A DNA stretch of 64,000 nucleotides. Source: Candidatus Sericytochromatia bacterium. GTDB taxonomy: Bacteria; Cyanobacteriota; Sericytochromatia; S15B-MN24; UBA4093. The stretch is taken from contig JAKFBU010000004.1 of assembly GCA_036676985.1 (NCBI GenBank), forward strand, positions 76,450 through 140,449. The letters are read 5' to 3'. The translations under genes and the position numbers were made by a program. The notes under the pieces were generated by a model. The model searched no databases, was not told the DNA's origin, and saw only the letters and a program-made list of their open reading frames with translations. Every line of letters begins with the position of its first letter. The first letter of the stretch is position 1. Positions 44,537 through 54,714 of this stretch are shown piece after piece.

Positions 44537-44566
44537 GCTAAAGAGGCCGTCTGCGGCCTCTTTAGC
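44537..44566. terminator. Hairpin terminator
   Basis: GCTAAAGAGGCCG-tctg-CGGCCTCTTTAGC. Confidence 0.7.
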
Positions 44567-44634
44567 GCTGTGTTGACGTAATAACAATTAAGCGTTTACA
44601 TGACAAAGCTTTCGCTTGATTGAGGAGGACGTCA

Positions 44635-44991
44635 ATGAATCGCTTATGTATCGTGGGGCGTGTCATCGCCGATCCGGAGCTGCGCACCGTCGGGGAGAAG
44701 CTGGTGGCCATGGTCCCCGTGTCCGTCAACCGCCCCTACAAGAAGAAGGATGCCCAGTACCCGGAGTCGGACGTGTTTCGCGTCGAGGTCTGGGGCAACC
44801 GGGGTGAGTCGCTCTGCAACCATGTGGTCAAGGGCAGCCACATCTGGGCGACGGGCCGCCTGGAGATGCGGAAGATCGAGGGCGGCGGCTGCTACGTGGA
44901 CGTGCGCGACGGAGACTGGGGCTTTGCGGGGGCCAAGCCCGCGGATGCCACGGCTGCCGAGGAGGAGGCGCCCGTCGCTCTACCTTTCTAA
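44635..44991 (+). CDS. ssb: Single-stranded DNA-binding protein (short)
   Basis: MNRLCIVGR..DPELR, VEVWG, KGS..TGRL, C-terminal LPF. Confidence 0.9.
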   Translation: MNRLCIVGRVIADPELRTVGEKLVAMVPVSVNRPYKKKDAQYPESDVFRVEVWGNRGESLCNHVVKGSHIWATGRLEMRKIEGGGCYVDVRDGDWGFAGAKPADATAAEEEAPVALPF

Positions 44992-45711
44992 GGAACGCTC
45001 GGGTGCCATGCCCCTCAAGTAATTGGACTTCGCCCCCTCTTGCTCGCCTGGAGTGGGGCGATCCGATGCCGAGGTGTCAGTTTGGTTCGTCCCGTAAAAG
45101 ACGACGATGGCCATCGTCCCTTGTCTGCCGGTGGCTGAGAGCCGATAATGCCGACCATCGGGCAGGCGCGTGTAGCCGATGGCGCCGAAGTCCTGGATGA
45201 GGCGGGGCGGTTCGAGCTCCCCCTCGCCCAGCACCCGCCCTTGTTGTTTGACGACGGCAGGGTCGTAGGTCGCCGGTATATCCGATTTGGTGGCCTGCTG
45301 GGTGTCCCAGGCGGTCCGCGGGTATCCGGACATGTAGGCAGGAAAGATCTCGCGCAGGGCAGCCGGATAGCGTCCGCCATGGTCCAAGGCATACTGCTCG
45401 ACGGCCATCTGGAGGTTGTGAGCGTTGGCTTGGGTCGCGCTGTTACGCTCGCGACCGTGGCCTTGGTTCATGAGGCCCGGGAGCGCGGCGGTTAAGCCAA
45501 AGAGCCAGGCTGCAACGGCCAGGAACCAGATCGCTGCCGGCAGCCGAATGGGCGGTTGTGCCTGGCCAAAGCGGGCGATGGGGGCGAGGCTGCGGCATGC
45601 GAGCAGAAAGAGGTTCCAAAGCATGACGAGGGCGACGCAGCCACCGAACCCGATCACCGCGAGCGCCACGATCGCTGTCACGAGTAGTTCCAGGAGGGTG
45701 AGCCACTCCAT
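44980..45711 (-). CDS. Membrane-anchored pseudopilin-like hypothetical protein
   Basis: Two TM segments, then [21 protein letters not shown] (GspG-like helix); GAGG RBS. Confidence 0.6.
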   Translation of the reverse strand: MEWLTLLELLVTAIVALAVIGFGGCVALVMLWNLFLLACRSLAPIARFGQAQPPIRLPAAIWFLAVAAWLFGLTAALPGLMNQGHGRERNSATQANAHNLQMAVEQYALDHGGRYPAALREIFPAYMSGYPRTAWDTQQATKSDIPATYDPAVVKQQGRVLGEGELEPPRLIQDFGAIGYTRLPDGRHYRLSATGRQGTMAIVVFYGTNQTDTSASDRPTPGEQEGAKSNYLRGMAPERSLER

Positions 45712-45833
45712 TGTTTACCTCTCGCCAATCCTCGTCCCCGCAGCGGGTATCCGCGGGCCGAGGATTCCTTCCCCGGAGCCGGGCGGGTTAAACGCCGGGA
45801 CAGCGTGTGGCGGTCAGGGCCTGCCGGGAGCCG

Positions 45834-45862
45834 AAAAAGCCCCCAGGCAGTGCCTGGGGGCT
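45834..45862 (-). terminator. rpoD terminator
   Basis: GCCCCCAGGCA-c-TGCCTGGGGGC plus U tract on the minus strand. Confidence 0.8.
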
Positions 45863-45875
45863 CGATCCGAAAGGC

Positions 45876-46916
<1,041 letters not shown>

Positions 46917-46952
46917 CTCCGTTGGGCCACCCCCTCGTGAGGGTGGGTAGGG

Positions 46953-48782
46953 CTAGCCCACTTCCTTGGTTGGTAACATGCTGCCACTGCGCGATCTTAC
47001 TTGTTCTTTTCGAGCAAGCGCATGTAATAGTTGACGTAAAAGTTCGTCGATTTCGTCCTGGGGAGCTCCCGCGCGGTTGGCCTCGTCGAAGAGTTCCTTG
47101 TACGTCTCGTGCTCCTGGTTCCAGAAGCTGATCGCGACGGTGTCGATGATGGACGCCGCTGCGATCGCCACGTCATGCCACTTTTCGGGGTTCGAGCCGA
47201 AGGCGAGGCGGGAAATGAACCTCCGTTCTTGTTCCCCGGTGAACTCCGTAAGTAACGCTTCCCAATTCAATTCTTTGTCGCTCGGCCAGGCCTCGATCGC
47301 CTCTCTCAGCCATTGACAGTCCTCAGCGGCGAACGGAATGCCCGCCAATTGGTCCATCACGGCCGCTCGAGCCACGTTATGTTCCACCATCAGGATCAAC
47401 AGGTCCTCTTCGGCCTGACGGAAACCGTCACGTTTCGCGGCTTGGGAGGGGCGGGTCCTGCGGGGTGCTATATTATGCCGGAACTCTCGGTCAATTTCCA
47501 GTGAAAGGGCGCTCCGGCTGACCTTGAGGCGCTTGGCCAGGGCCGAGCAGAGCTCCTCGCGCAGGACCTTGCTCGAAACCCGGGTGAGGATGACCTTGCA
47601 GGCCTTGACCGCTTCGTCCTTGCCCTCGGGCGTGTCGAGTCCGAACGCGACCCCCTCGATGGCCCGATCCAGCTGGTACTGGATGAGGCTCTTGGCCTCG
47701 CCGACCAGGAGCTCGAAGGCCTCGGGCGGGTTGCGCTTGAGGAAGTCGTCCGGGTCCTTGCCGTCGGGGATGCGCAGGACGCGCACGTCGAGGGCGCTCG
47801 CGCCCGCGACCTCCTCGAGCGTCGCGATCCCGCGCTCGGTGGCGGCCTGGCCCGCACGGTCCGCGTCGTAGCTCACCACTACCCGCTTGGAGTAGCGCAA
47901 GAGGCTCTTGGCCTGGTGGGGCGTCAGCGCCGTGCCGAGCACGCCGACGGCCTCGGTGAAGCCGGCCCGGTGCGAGGCGATCACGTCCATGTACCCCTCC
48001 ATGAGGATCACCCGGTCCTTGCGCTTGATGCCCTCCTTGGCGAGCGGCAAGGCGTAGAGGTGGCGTCCCTTGGTGTAGAGGGGCGTGTCCGGAGAGTTGA
48101 GGTACTTGGGCTCGTCGCCCTGGTGGATGGCGCGGGCGCCGAAGGCGATCACCTGGCCGAGATCCGCCGTGATGGGGAACATGAGCCGGCCGCGGAAGTA
48201 GTCGTAGTAGCCGTTCCCCTCGCGGCGTTGGCGCACGAGACCGGCGTCGTCCTGGGCCTGGTGCGAGATCCGCTGGGCGTTGAGGTGCTTGTGCAGCGCG
48301 TCCCACTCGCGCGGGGCGTAGCCGAGCCCGAAGCGGGCGGCCAGCTCCGGCGTGACGCCGCGCGCCTCCAGGTAGGCCCGGGCCTCGGCTCCGATCGTGG
48401 GGTGGGCGAGCATGTCCTGGTAGAATTTCGCGGCGAGCTCGTAGGCATGGCGCAGGACGGCCCGCTCGTCGGCCGCCTGCCCGTCGGGCTCGGCCATGGG
48501 CACGCCGTAGCGGTCCGCGAGCTGCTTGAGCGCGTCGCGGAAGCCCAGGCCGTGCAGCTTCATGACGAAGGCGAAGACGTCGCCGCCCTCGCCGCAGCCG
48601 AAGCAGCGGAAGATCTTCTTCTCGACGTTGACGTTGAAGGAGGGCGTCTTCTCGCCGTGGAAGGGGCACAGGCCGGTGTAGTTGCGCCCCGAGCGCTTGA
48701 GCACGACCGACTCGCCGATCACCTCGAGGATGTCGGCGCGATCGCGCACCAATTCTACCGGGTCCAGGCCGCCGAGTGTCAT
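46953..48782 (-). CDS. dnaG: DNA primase
   Basis: CPFHGEKTPSF zinc finger, KYLNSP, EGYMDV, YDADRAG, KDPDD. Confidence 0.96.
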   Translation of the reverse strand: MTLGGLDPVELVRDRADILEVIGESVVLKRSGRNYTGLCPFHGEKTPSFNVNVEKKIFRCFGCGEGGDVFAFVMKLHGLGFRDALKQLADRYGVPMAEPDGQAADERAVLRHAYELAAKFYQDMLAHPTIGAEARAYLEARGVTPELAARFGLGYAPREWDALHKHLNAQRISHQAQDDAGLVRQRREGNGYYDYFRGRLMFPITADLGQVIAFGARAIHQGDEPKYLNSPDTPLYTKGRHLYALPLAKEGIKRKDRVILMEGYMDVIASHRAGFTEAVGVLGTALTPHQAKSLLRYSKRVVVSYDADRAGQAATERGIATLEEVAGASALDVRVLRIPDGKDPDDFLKRNPPEAFELLVGEAKSLIQYQLDRAIEGVAFGLDTPEGKDEAVKACKVILTRVSSKVLREELCSALAKRLKVSRSALSLEIDREFRHNIAPRRTRPSQAAKRDGFRQAEEDLLILMVEHNVARAAVMDQLAGIPFAAEDCQWLREAIEAWPSDKELNWEALLTEFTGEQERRFISRLAFGSNPEKWHDVAIAAASIIDTVAISFWNQEHETYKELFDEANRAGAPQDEIDELLRQLLHALARKEQVRSRSGSMLPTKEVG

Positions 48783-48786
48783 AGGA

Positions 48787-49851
48787 TTAGAGGAGCGAGC
48801 CGTTGGTCTTGCCGAAGATGGTCCAGGGCTTGGGAATGAAGATGTCCTCGTAGACTCGGATGGCGTAACGGTCGGTCATGCCCGCGACGTAGTCGACCAC
48901 GTGCTGGGTGTGCTGGGCGGCATCGTACTTGTCGCCCCACACCTCCTGCATCCGGGCGGGGTGCTCCATGAAGTGGGTGAAGAGATCCGTCACCAGGCGG
49001 CGGGCCTTGCTCTCCTCGGCCTTGGCCTCGGATCCCAGGTACACCTTCTGGAACATGAAGATGCGCAGCTCGGTCTGCGTGTCCCACATGGCGGGACTCA
49101 TCTGGATCGTGTCCTGGTTCCAGCTGGAGACGACCAGATCCTGGATCATGGCGCCGATCCGCTGGGCGTGGGTCGGGCCGAGGGCGCGGTAGCGCTCGGG
49201 CAGGTCGTCGAAGGTGAGGATCCCCGCCCGGATGGCGTCGTCCACGTCGTGGTTGAGGTAGGCCACGCGGTCCGCGATCTTGACGATCTGGCCCTCGAGC
49301 GTGACGGGGGTCTGGACGCCCGTGTGCCAGCGGATGCCGTCGCGCACCTCCGCGGTCAGGTTGAGGTCCATGAGGACGTCCGCGACCCGCAGGCTCTGCG
49401 CGTTGTGCTGGAAGCCGCCGGGCACGCAGCGCGCGAGGGCATGCTCGCCCGTGTGGCCGAAGGCGGGGTGGCCCAGGTCGTGGCCCATGCAGATGGCCTC
49501 GATCAGGTCCTCGTTGAGGCGCAGGGCGCGGCCGATGGAGCGCGAGACCTGGGAGACCTCGAGCGTGTGCGTCAGGCGCGTCCGGTAGTGGTCGCCGTCG
49601 GGCGAGATGAAGACCTGCGTCTTGTGCTTGAGGCGGCGGAACGCCTTGCAGTGGACGATCCGGTCGCGATCGCGCTGGAAGTTGGAACGGTACTGGCAGG
49701 GCTCTTCGGGCCGCTGCCGTCCGCGCGTCAGGGCGGACTTGGCGGCCTTGGGCGACAGGTAGGCCTCCTCGAAGGCCTCCTGCTGCTCGCGCATGAAGAT
49801 GGGCGGGATCGGCGACACGGACGGTTCGATCATGGGCAGCTCTTCTAGCAT
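48787..49851 (-). CDS. dgt: dGTP triphosphohydrolase (HD domain)
   Basis: FQRDRDRI, AFRRLKHKTQV, RTRLTHTLEV, GHDLGH, DYVAGMTD. Confidence 0.92.
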   Translation of the reverse strand: MLEELPMIEPSVSPIPPIFMREQQEAFEEAYLSPKAAKSALTRGRQRPEEPCQYRSNFQRDRDRIVHCKAFRRLKHKTQVFISPDGDHYRTRLTHTLEVSQVSRSIGRALRLNEDLIEAICMGHDLGHPAFGHTGEHALARCVPGGFQHNAQSLRVADVLMDLNLTAEVRDGIRWHTGVQTPVTLEGQIVKIADRVAYLNHDVDDAIRAGILTFDDLPERYRALGPTHAQRIGAMIQDLVVSSWNQDTIQMSPAMWDTQTELRIFMFQKVYLGSEAKAEESKARRLVTDLFTHFMEHPARMQEVWGDKYDAAQHTQHVVDYVAGMTDRYAIRVYEDIFIPKPWTIFGKTNGSLL

Positions 49852-50025
49852 CGAAACGGGGCGCTCAGGCAGTCGGGAGCACCGGACGGCCCCATTGTCC
49901 CACCATGCCTGCCACAGGGCAAGTTATAGCCCCTCCGGTCCGCGATCTTGCCAAGGCCTCGTATACGCCGAACCGGGCCAGGCATGCGCCTGACCCGGTC
50001 CGGATCCAAAGGGGGTATGGCACGT

Positions 50026-51318
50026 CTAGTGCAGCGGTCCTGTTCCCTGCAGGGTGCCCGTTCCCTGCGGCAAGGGGCCGACGAGCACGCTCGAGGCGCT
50101 CTTGTCGTCGAACTGGCCCTCCGTGCGGCTGATGACGCAGGCCGCGAGGCTGTTGCCGATGACGTTGACGACGGTGCGGCCCATGTCCATGAAGCGGTCC
50201 ACGCCCGCGATGAGCGCGAGGCCCTCCACCGGCAGGCCCGTCGAGGAGAGGGTCGCGGCGAGCACCACGAAGGAGACGCCGGGCACGCCCGCGATGCCCT
50301 TGGAGGTGAGCATGAGGACGAGCACGATGGAGACCTGCTGCATCAAGGAGAGCTCGACGCCGTAGACCTGGGCGATGAAGGCGACCGCCAGGCCCTGGTA
50401 GAGGCTCGAGCCGTCCAGGTTGAAGGAGTAGCCCGTGGGCACGACGAAGGAGACGATCCCCTTGGGGCAGCCGAAGCGCTCCAGCTTCTGCATGAGGCGG
50501 GGCAGCACCGTCTCGCTCGAGGCGGTGGAGAAGGCGAGCACGAGCTCGGCGGTGAGCATGCGCACGAGCTTGACGAAGGGGATGCGGGCCAGGTAGGCGA
50601 TGCCGCCCAGCACCACGACGATGAAGACGGCCATGGTGAGGTAGAGCGTGCCCACGAGCTTGCCGAGGGGGACGAGGACGCCCAGGCCGTACTGGCCGAT
50701 GGTGGCGGCGACCAGGCCGAACACGCCGAGGGGCGCCACCTTCATGATGAGGTTGGTGAGGCGGAACATGGCGTCCGCCACCCCGTGCAGGAAGTCCACC
50801 ACCGGGCGGCCCGCCGCACCCGCGCCGGCGAGCGCCACGCCGAAGAGCACCGAGAAGAAGATGATGGGCAACAGCTCGCCCTTGGCCGCCGAGTCGAGGA
50901 TGTTGGTCGGGATGATGTGCAGGAGGATCTCGACGACGTCCTGGGGAGCGCTCGTGTACTTGGAAACGTCGGTCTTGGCGAGGCCCTCGATGGCCACGCC
51001 CACGCCGGGCTTGAAGAGGTTGGCGGCGCCCACGCCCATGACGATGGCGATGGTGGTGACGACCTCGAAGTAGAGGATCGAGATGCCGCCCAGGCGGCCG
51101 ACCCGTTTGATGTCGCCGACGCCCGCCACGCCCAGGATCACCGTCGAGAGGACGATGGGCACGACGATCATCTTGATCATGCGGATGAAGGCGTCGCCCA
51201 GGGGCTTGGCGTCGACTCCCCAGGCGGGGAAGAAGTGCCCGAAGAGGGCGCCCAGGACGAGACCGATGAGGATCTGGACCGCGAGGCCCGGCATCTTGAG
51301 TTTCATGGCGGTCGTCAT
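50026..51318 (-). CDS. gltP: Dicarboxylate/amino acid:cation symporter (GltP/GltT-like)
   Basis: FSTASSE, GYSFNLDG, SKGIAGVPG, DRFMDMGRT; AAGGAG RBS. Confidence 0.9.
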   Translation of the reverse strand: MTTAMKLKMPGLAVQILIGLVLGALFGHFFPAWGVDAKPLGDAFIRMIKMIVVPIVLSTVILGVAGVGDIKRVGRLGGISILYFEVVTTIAIVMGVGAANLFKPGVGVAIEGLAKTDVSKYTSAPQDVVEILLHIIPTNILDSAAKGELLPIIFFSVLFGVALAGAGAAGRPVVDFLHGVADAMFRLTNLIMKVAPLGVFGLVAATIGQYGLGVLVPLGKLVGTLYLTMAVFIVVVLGGIAYLARIPFVKLVRMLTAELVLAFSTASSETVLPRLMQKLERFGCPKGIVSFVVPTGYSFNLDGSSLYQGLAVAFIAQVYGVELSLMQQVSIVLVLMLTSKGIAGVPGVSFVVLAATLSSTGLPVEGLALIAGVDRFMDMGRTVVNVIGNSLAACVISRTEGQFDDKSASSVLVGPLPQGTGTLQGTGPLH

Positions 51319-51411
51319 TGACTCCTTGAAAGCGGCCCGAAACGGGCTCTTAGGGGATTCTGCCACATTACGGTCCGGCCGGGTCCTTGTCAACGCGGGG
51401 CCTCTGGTATC

Positions 51412-52344
51412 ATGAGGCGCATGCAGACCAACCCCTCTCTCGGACGTCCCACCGATCTCCCCTGTCCCGCCTGCCGCACGCCCTTGCAGGCCCGCCCCTA
51501 CCTCCGCACGCAGTCGCTCCCATGGTGCGAGGCCTGCGGCTGGAACGTTCAGGGTGCCGCCCGGTTCCTGCGCGCGGACAACACGCGCCTGTTCGGTCGG
51601 GTCTTCCTCTTGTTGCCCTTCACCATCCCGCTCTTCCTCGCCTTCCACACGCTGGATCCGTTCCTCGCCTACGGCCTGGACCTGGCCCTGGTGGTGGGCC
51701 TCTTCACGCCGGCCCTCATGCGCAGCAGCGGCAACGTCAAGCTCGCGCGGCGGATCGAGGTCATCAAGCCGCGGCGATCGCCCCCCAAGCCCGAGGCCTG
51801 GACCCTCGAGCCGGAGCTTGCGGCGGCCCCGCCTCGCCCCGTGCGGCTCGCCGGCCGCACCGAGAGCATCCGCGGCCTCCTGGGCCTGATCCGTCTCCTG
51901 TGGGCCGTGGTCTTCATCGCGGGCGTGATGGCGCTGACGCCCGCCTCCCAGTGGGTCGGTCCCAGGGTCCAATTCGCGGCCCTGCTCTTTTTGGCGCTCG
52001 CCATCGTGCCCCTCATCGGATCGCTCGTCTGGGTGGTGATCGTGTTGTGGCGCGATCGTCACCTGGCCATGGACGGCAAGCCCTGCGAGGGGCGGGTGCT
52101 CTTGCAGTCGACTCACATGCGGCGCGAGTCCAAGGGCGAGTGGACGCTCGTTTCCCGCTACCGCTACGGCTTCACGGATCCGCACGGTACCGAGCGCAAC
52201 GGTACGGCTCGCGAAGAGGGCCGCGCCATCGTCGAGGGCGCGCCCGTCACGGTGCTCGACTCCCCGCGGGATCCGCGGATCCACCTCAGCTACCCGGCGT
52301 CGCTCTACGTCGCCGGCGCCGAGCCGGACCACACACTGCGTTAA
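51412..52344 (+). CDS. Hypothetical membrane protein with N-terminal zinc ribbon
   Basis: CPAC..CEAC, four TM segments, C-terminal OB-like strands. Confidence 0.7.
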   Translation: MRRMQTNPSLGRPTDLPCPACRTPLQARPYLRTQSLPWCEACGWNVQGAARFLRADNTRLFGRVFLLLPFTIPLFLAFHTLDPFLAYGLDLALVVGLFTPALMRSSGNVKLARRIEVIKPRRSPPKPEAWTLEPELAAAPPRPVRLAGRTESIRGLLGLIRLLWAVVFIAGVMALTPASQWVGPRVQFAALLFLALAIVPLIGSLVWVVIVLWRDRHLAMDGKPCEGRVLLQSTHMRRESKGEWTLVSRYRYGFTDPHGTERNGTAREEGRAIVEGAPVTVLDSPRDPRIHLSYPASLYVAGAEPDHTLR

Positions 52345-52482
52345 TGTTCGCGCAACGGCCGGGAGGTTCGCTCCGGGTAGTTTAGGCTTGGCCGCTCGGC
52401 AAAGAGGCGCGGGCCGCCGGATCCCAGGCAATCCTCGCTCGTGTGGTATGATCCTCTGACGTCTCGCTCTGGAGGTGATCGC

Positions 52483-52947
52483 TTGCGTAAACTCGCCGTT
52501 CTCGCTCTACTGACGCTGTCGCTGGCCCTGCCCGCCGGTGCCGTGGGCACGGATGACCCGGTCAAGCACTTCATTTCGAGCCACTACGGCCAGAAGAAGG
52601 CCGAGGTCTACGCCCCCATCATCCATACCAAGGCCAAGAAGTACCGCCTGCCGCCCCTGCTGGTCGCCAAGATCATCAAGCTGGAGAGCGACTTCAACCC
52701 CCGCGAGCTCAGCGGCCGTGACGCCATGGGCCTCATGCAGGTCCGCCGGGGTCACGCCAAGCGCGGTGAGGACCTCTACGATCCGGCCACCAACATCGAC
52801 TTCGGCTGCCGCATCCTGCGGGAGTACGTGGACGAGTTCAACGGGGACATGCACAAGGGCCTCTCGGCCTACCTGCACGGGCCCATCTACGTCGCGAGCC
52901 GCGGCGTCAAGCGCACCCGCTACAGCCGCAAGCTGCTCGGTGAATGA
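52483..52947 (+). CDS. Lytic transglycosylase (SLT domain)
   Basis: Signal peptide, ESDFNP, AMGLMQV, AYxHG; GGAGG RBS. Confidence 0.9.
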   Translation: MRKLAVLALLTLSLALPAGAVGTDDPVKHFISSHYGQKKAEVYAPIIHTKAKKYRLPPLLVAKIIKLESDFNPRELSGRDAMGLMQVRRGHAKRGEDLYDPATNIDFGCRILREYVDEFNGDMHKGLSAYLHGPIYVASRGVKRTRYSRKLLGE

Positions 52948-53780
52948 CAGATAGCGTCCCGCCCCTCGGCGCGCGCCTGCGCGCCATCGACCTTCACCCG
53001 CGCACCCTCTCCCTGGTCCGGCCCCTCACGGGGCCTTTGACCTACCTGGGCTGGAGGGTGCGCGGGTCTCGTGTTCCGGTCTATGCGTTCTTCGACCATA
53101 CGAGCCGGGCGATCGCCTACCCCCTGCGTTTCGCCGTGACCACCTGCCGCGACTGGCGGGGGCTGCAGCTCACCTACGACAAGCACCTGGGCACGGACTT
53201 CATCGTGCCGCCGGGCACGCTCGTGACCGCGGCCGCCCGGGGCGTGGTCCTCAAGGTCAGCGAGGAGCCGGTGGGCGGGCCCTTCATTTGGGTGGACCAC
53301 GGGGGCGGCTTTGCGACCACTTACCACCACCTGAGCCAGGTGCTCGTCCGCGAGGGCCAGCAGGTCCACCGCGGCGAGGTCATCGCGCGCTCGGGCGGGC
53401 GGGGGCTCGCCATCGAGAGCTTCTTTCCGCTGGTTCCGCCGCACCTGCACTTCGGCCTCGCGGTGGACGGGGTGCCCGCGGACCCCTTCCCGGGGCCCGA
53501 TTCGCCGGGGTTCTGGGCGGACGGTGTCGCGCCCGTGCCCCATGACTTCGAGCGGGAGCTGGACGTGGAGCTGCCCTACGAGTGGATCGACAAGGGCGAG
53601 CTGCTCGCGCGCTTTGCCGAGGATCCGGTGCTCGGGCCGAACTTCATCCCGCCCATGGAGCTCATCGCGCCGGATCGGCTGAGCTATCGGGGGGACTGGC
53701 GGGATCTCGCGGGGCGTCCGGCGGTGCGGCTGAGCTTGCCGTTCCGGGCCGAGGATGTCTCGGGGATCGCCTACCCGTAG
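52944..53780 (+). CDS. M23 family metallopeptidase
   Basis: HLGTD (HxxxD), YHHL, PHLHF; start overlaps the SLT stop. Confidence 0.88.
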   Translation: MTDSVPPLGARLRAIDLHPRTLSLVRPLTGPLTYLGWRVRGSRVPVYAFFDHTSRAIAYPLRFAVTTCRDWRGLQLTYDKHLGTDFIVPPGTLVTAAARGVVLKVSEEPVGGPFIWVDHGGGFATTYHHLSQVLVREGQQVHRGEVIARSGGRGLAIESFFPLVPPHLHFGLAVDGVPADPFPGPDSPGFWADGVAPVPHDFERELDVELPYEWIDKGELLARFAEDPVLGPNFIPPMELIAPDRLSYRGDWRDLAGRPAVRLSLPFRAEDVSGIAYP

Positions 53781-53787
53781 GATAAGG

Positions 53788-53824
53788 AACCGTTCGCCCT
53801 TCGAGGGCCTCAGGGTGAACGGTT
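53788..53824. repeat. REP-like hairpin
   Basis: AACCGTTCGCCCT...AGGGTGAACGGTT. Confidence 0.5.
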
Positions 53825-53854
53825 TTGTTGTGGGGCTCAAGACCAATCAATCTC

Positions 53855-53891
53855 ATGCACCCTCGGCATAGGCTGCCGGGGGTGCTTTTTT
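53855..53891 (+). terminator. Rho-independent terminator
   Basis: GCACCCTCGGCA-taggc-TGCCGGGGGTGC followed by a T tract. Confidence 0.75.
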
Positions 53892-53988
53892 CTGGAAATT
53901 CTTACGCAAGATCTCCGGGCGACTTGGCCATAACCATTAAGGAAGTATTAAAGACAGTTTTCGTTTTGCTTATAGAGTGAGGTTCAAG

Positions 53989-54516
53989 ATGATCAAGGTT
54001 CGCATCGCCCTCCTGACGGCTCTGGCGCTCGGCGTGATGACGGGTTGCGGCGCTCAGCCGACCGGCATGGTCGCCACCACCGGCGCTGCGGTCGAGGCGG
54101 ACCGGGCCTACTCGATCATCGACATGCAGGGCATCGGCCCGGTCTACGGCGCCAAGCTCAAGGAAGCCGGCTTCAGCAACACCCAGAAGTTCCTCGACGC
54201 CACCCGCGATCGCAAGGGCCGCCAGGACGTCGCCGAACAGACCGGCATCCCCTACAAGCTCGTGCTGCGCTGGGCCCAGAAGGCCGAACTCATGCGGATC
54301 CACGGCATCGGCGTGAAACAGGCCGATCTGCTCGAGGCCTGCGGCGTCGACTCGGTCAAGGATCTCGCCCGCCGCGACGCCGGCAACCTCACCGAGCGCG
54401 TCTGGGCCGCCAACCACGTGGGCGCGCGCTTCATCAAGACCAACCCCAGCGAGGCCACCGTCGCCAAGTGGATCCAGGCCGCCAAGAACCTCGCCGCTTC
54501 GGCCATCGCTGAATAA
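53989..54516 (+). CDS. DUF4332 domain lipoprotein (HhH)
   Basis: Lipobox MTGC; MQGIGPVY, ELMRIHGIG, LLEACGVDSV. Confidence 0.85.
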   Translation: MIKVRIALLTALALGVMTGCGAQPTGMVATTGAAVEADRAYSIIDMQGIGPVYGAKLKEAGFSNTQKFLDATRDRKGRQDVAEQTGIPYKLVLRWAQKAELMRIHGIGVKQADLLEACGVDSVKDLARRDAGNLTERVWAANHVGARFIKTNPSEATVAKWIQAAKNLAASAIAE

Positions 54517-54532
54517 TTCGTTACAATCTTTC

Positions 54533-54566
54533 AAAAAGGGCGCCGCAGCCATGCGGCGCCCTTTTT
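54533..54566 (+). terminator. Rho-independent terminator
   Basis: AAAAAGGGCGCCGCA-gcca-TGCGGCGCCCTTTTT. Confidence 0.8.
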
Positions 54567-54714
54567 GGCGCGTTACCGACAAAAAAGCGACAGCGTCCTC
54601 ACAAAATCATTACGGTTTTATGTAATTGAAGGGAGTTAGCGAGGGTAATGCAAAGAATGGGCCCCTGCCCAAGTGGCGCCTCGCGCCATCCCCAGATTGA
54701 TGTGGAGAGCATGC

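Noticed and set aside
50026-52431. 801-aa extended transporter ORF
   Set aside because: The extension is antisense to the 51412-52344 gene; the RBS-supported start is 51318
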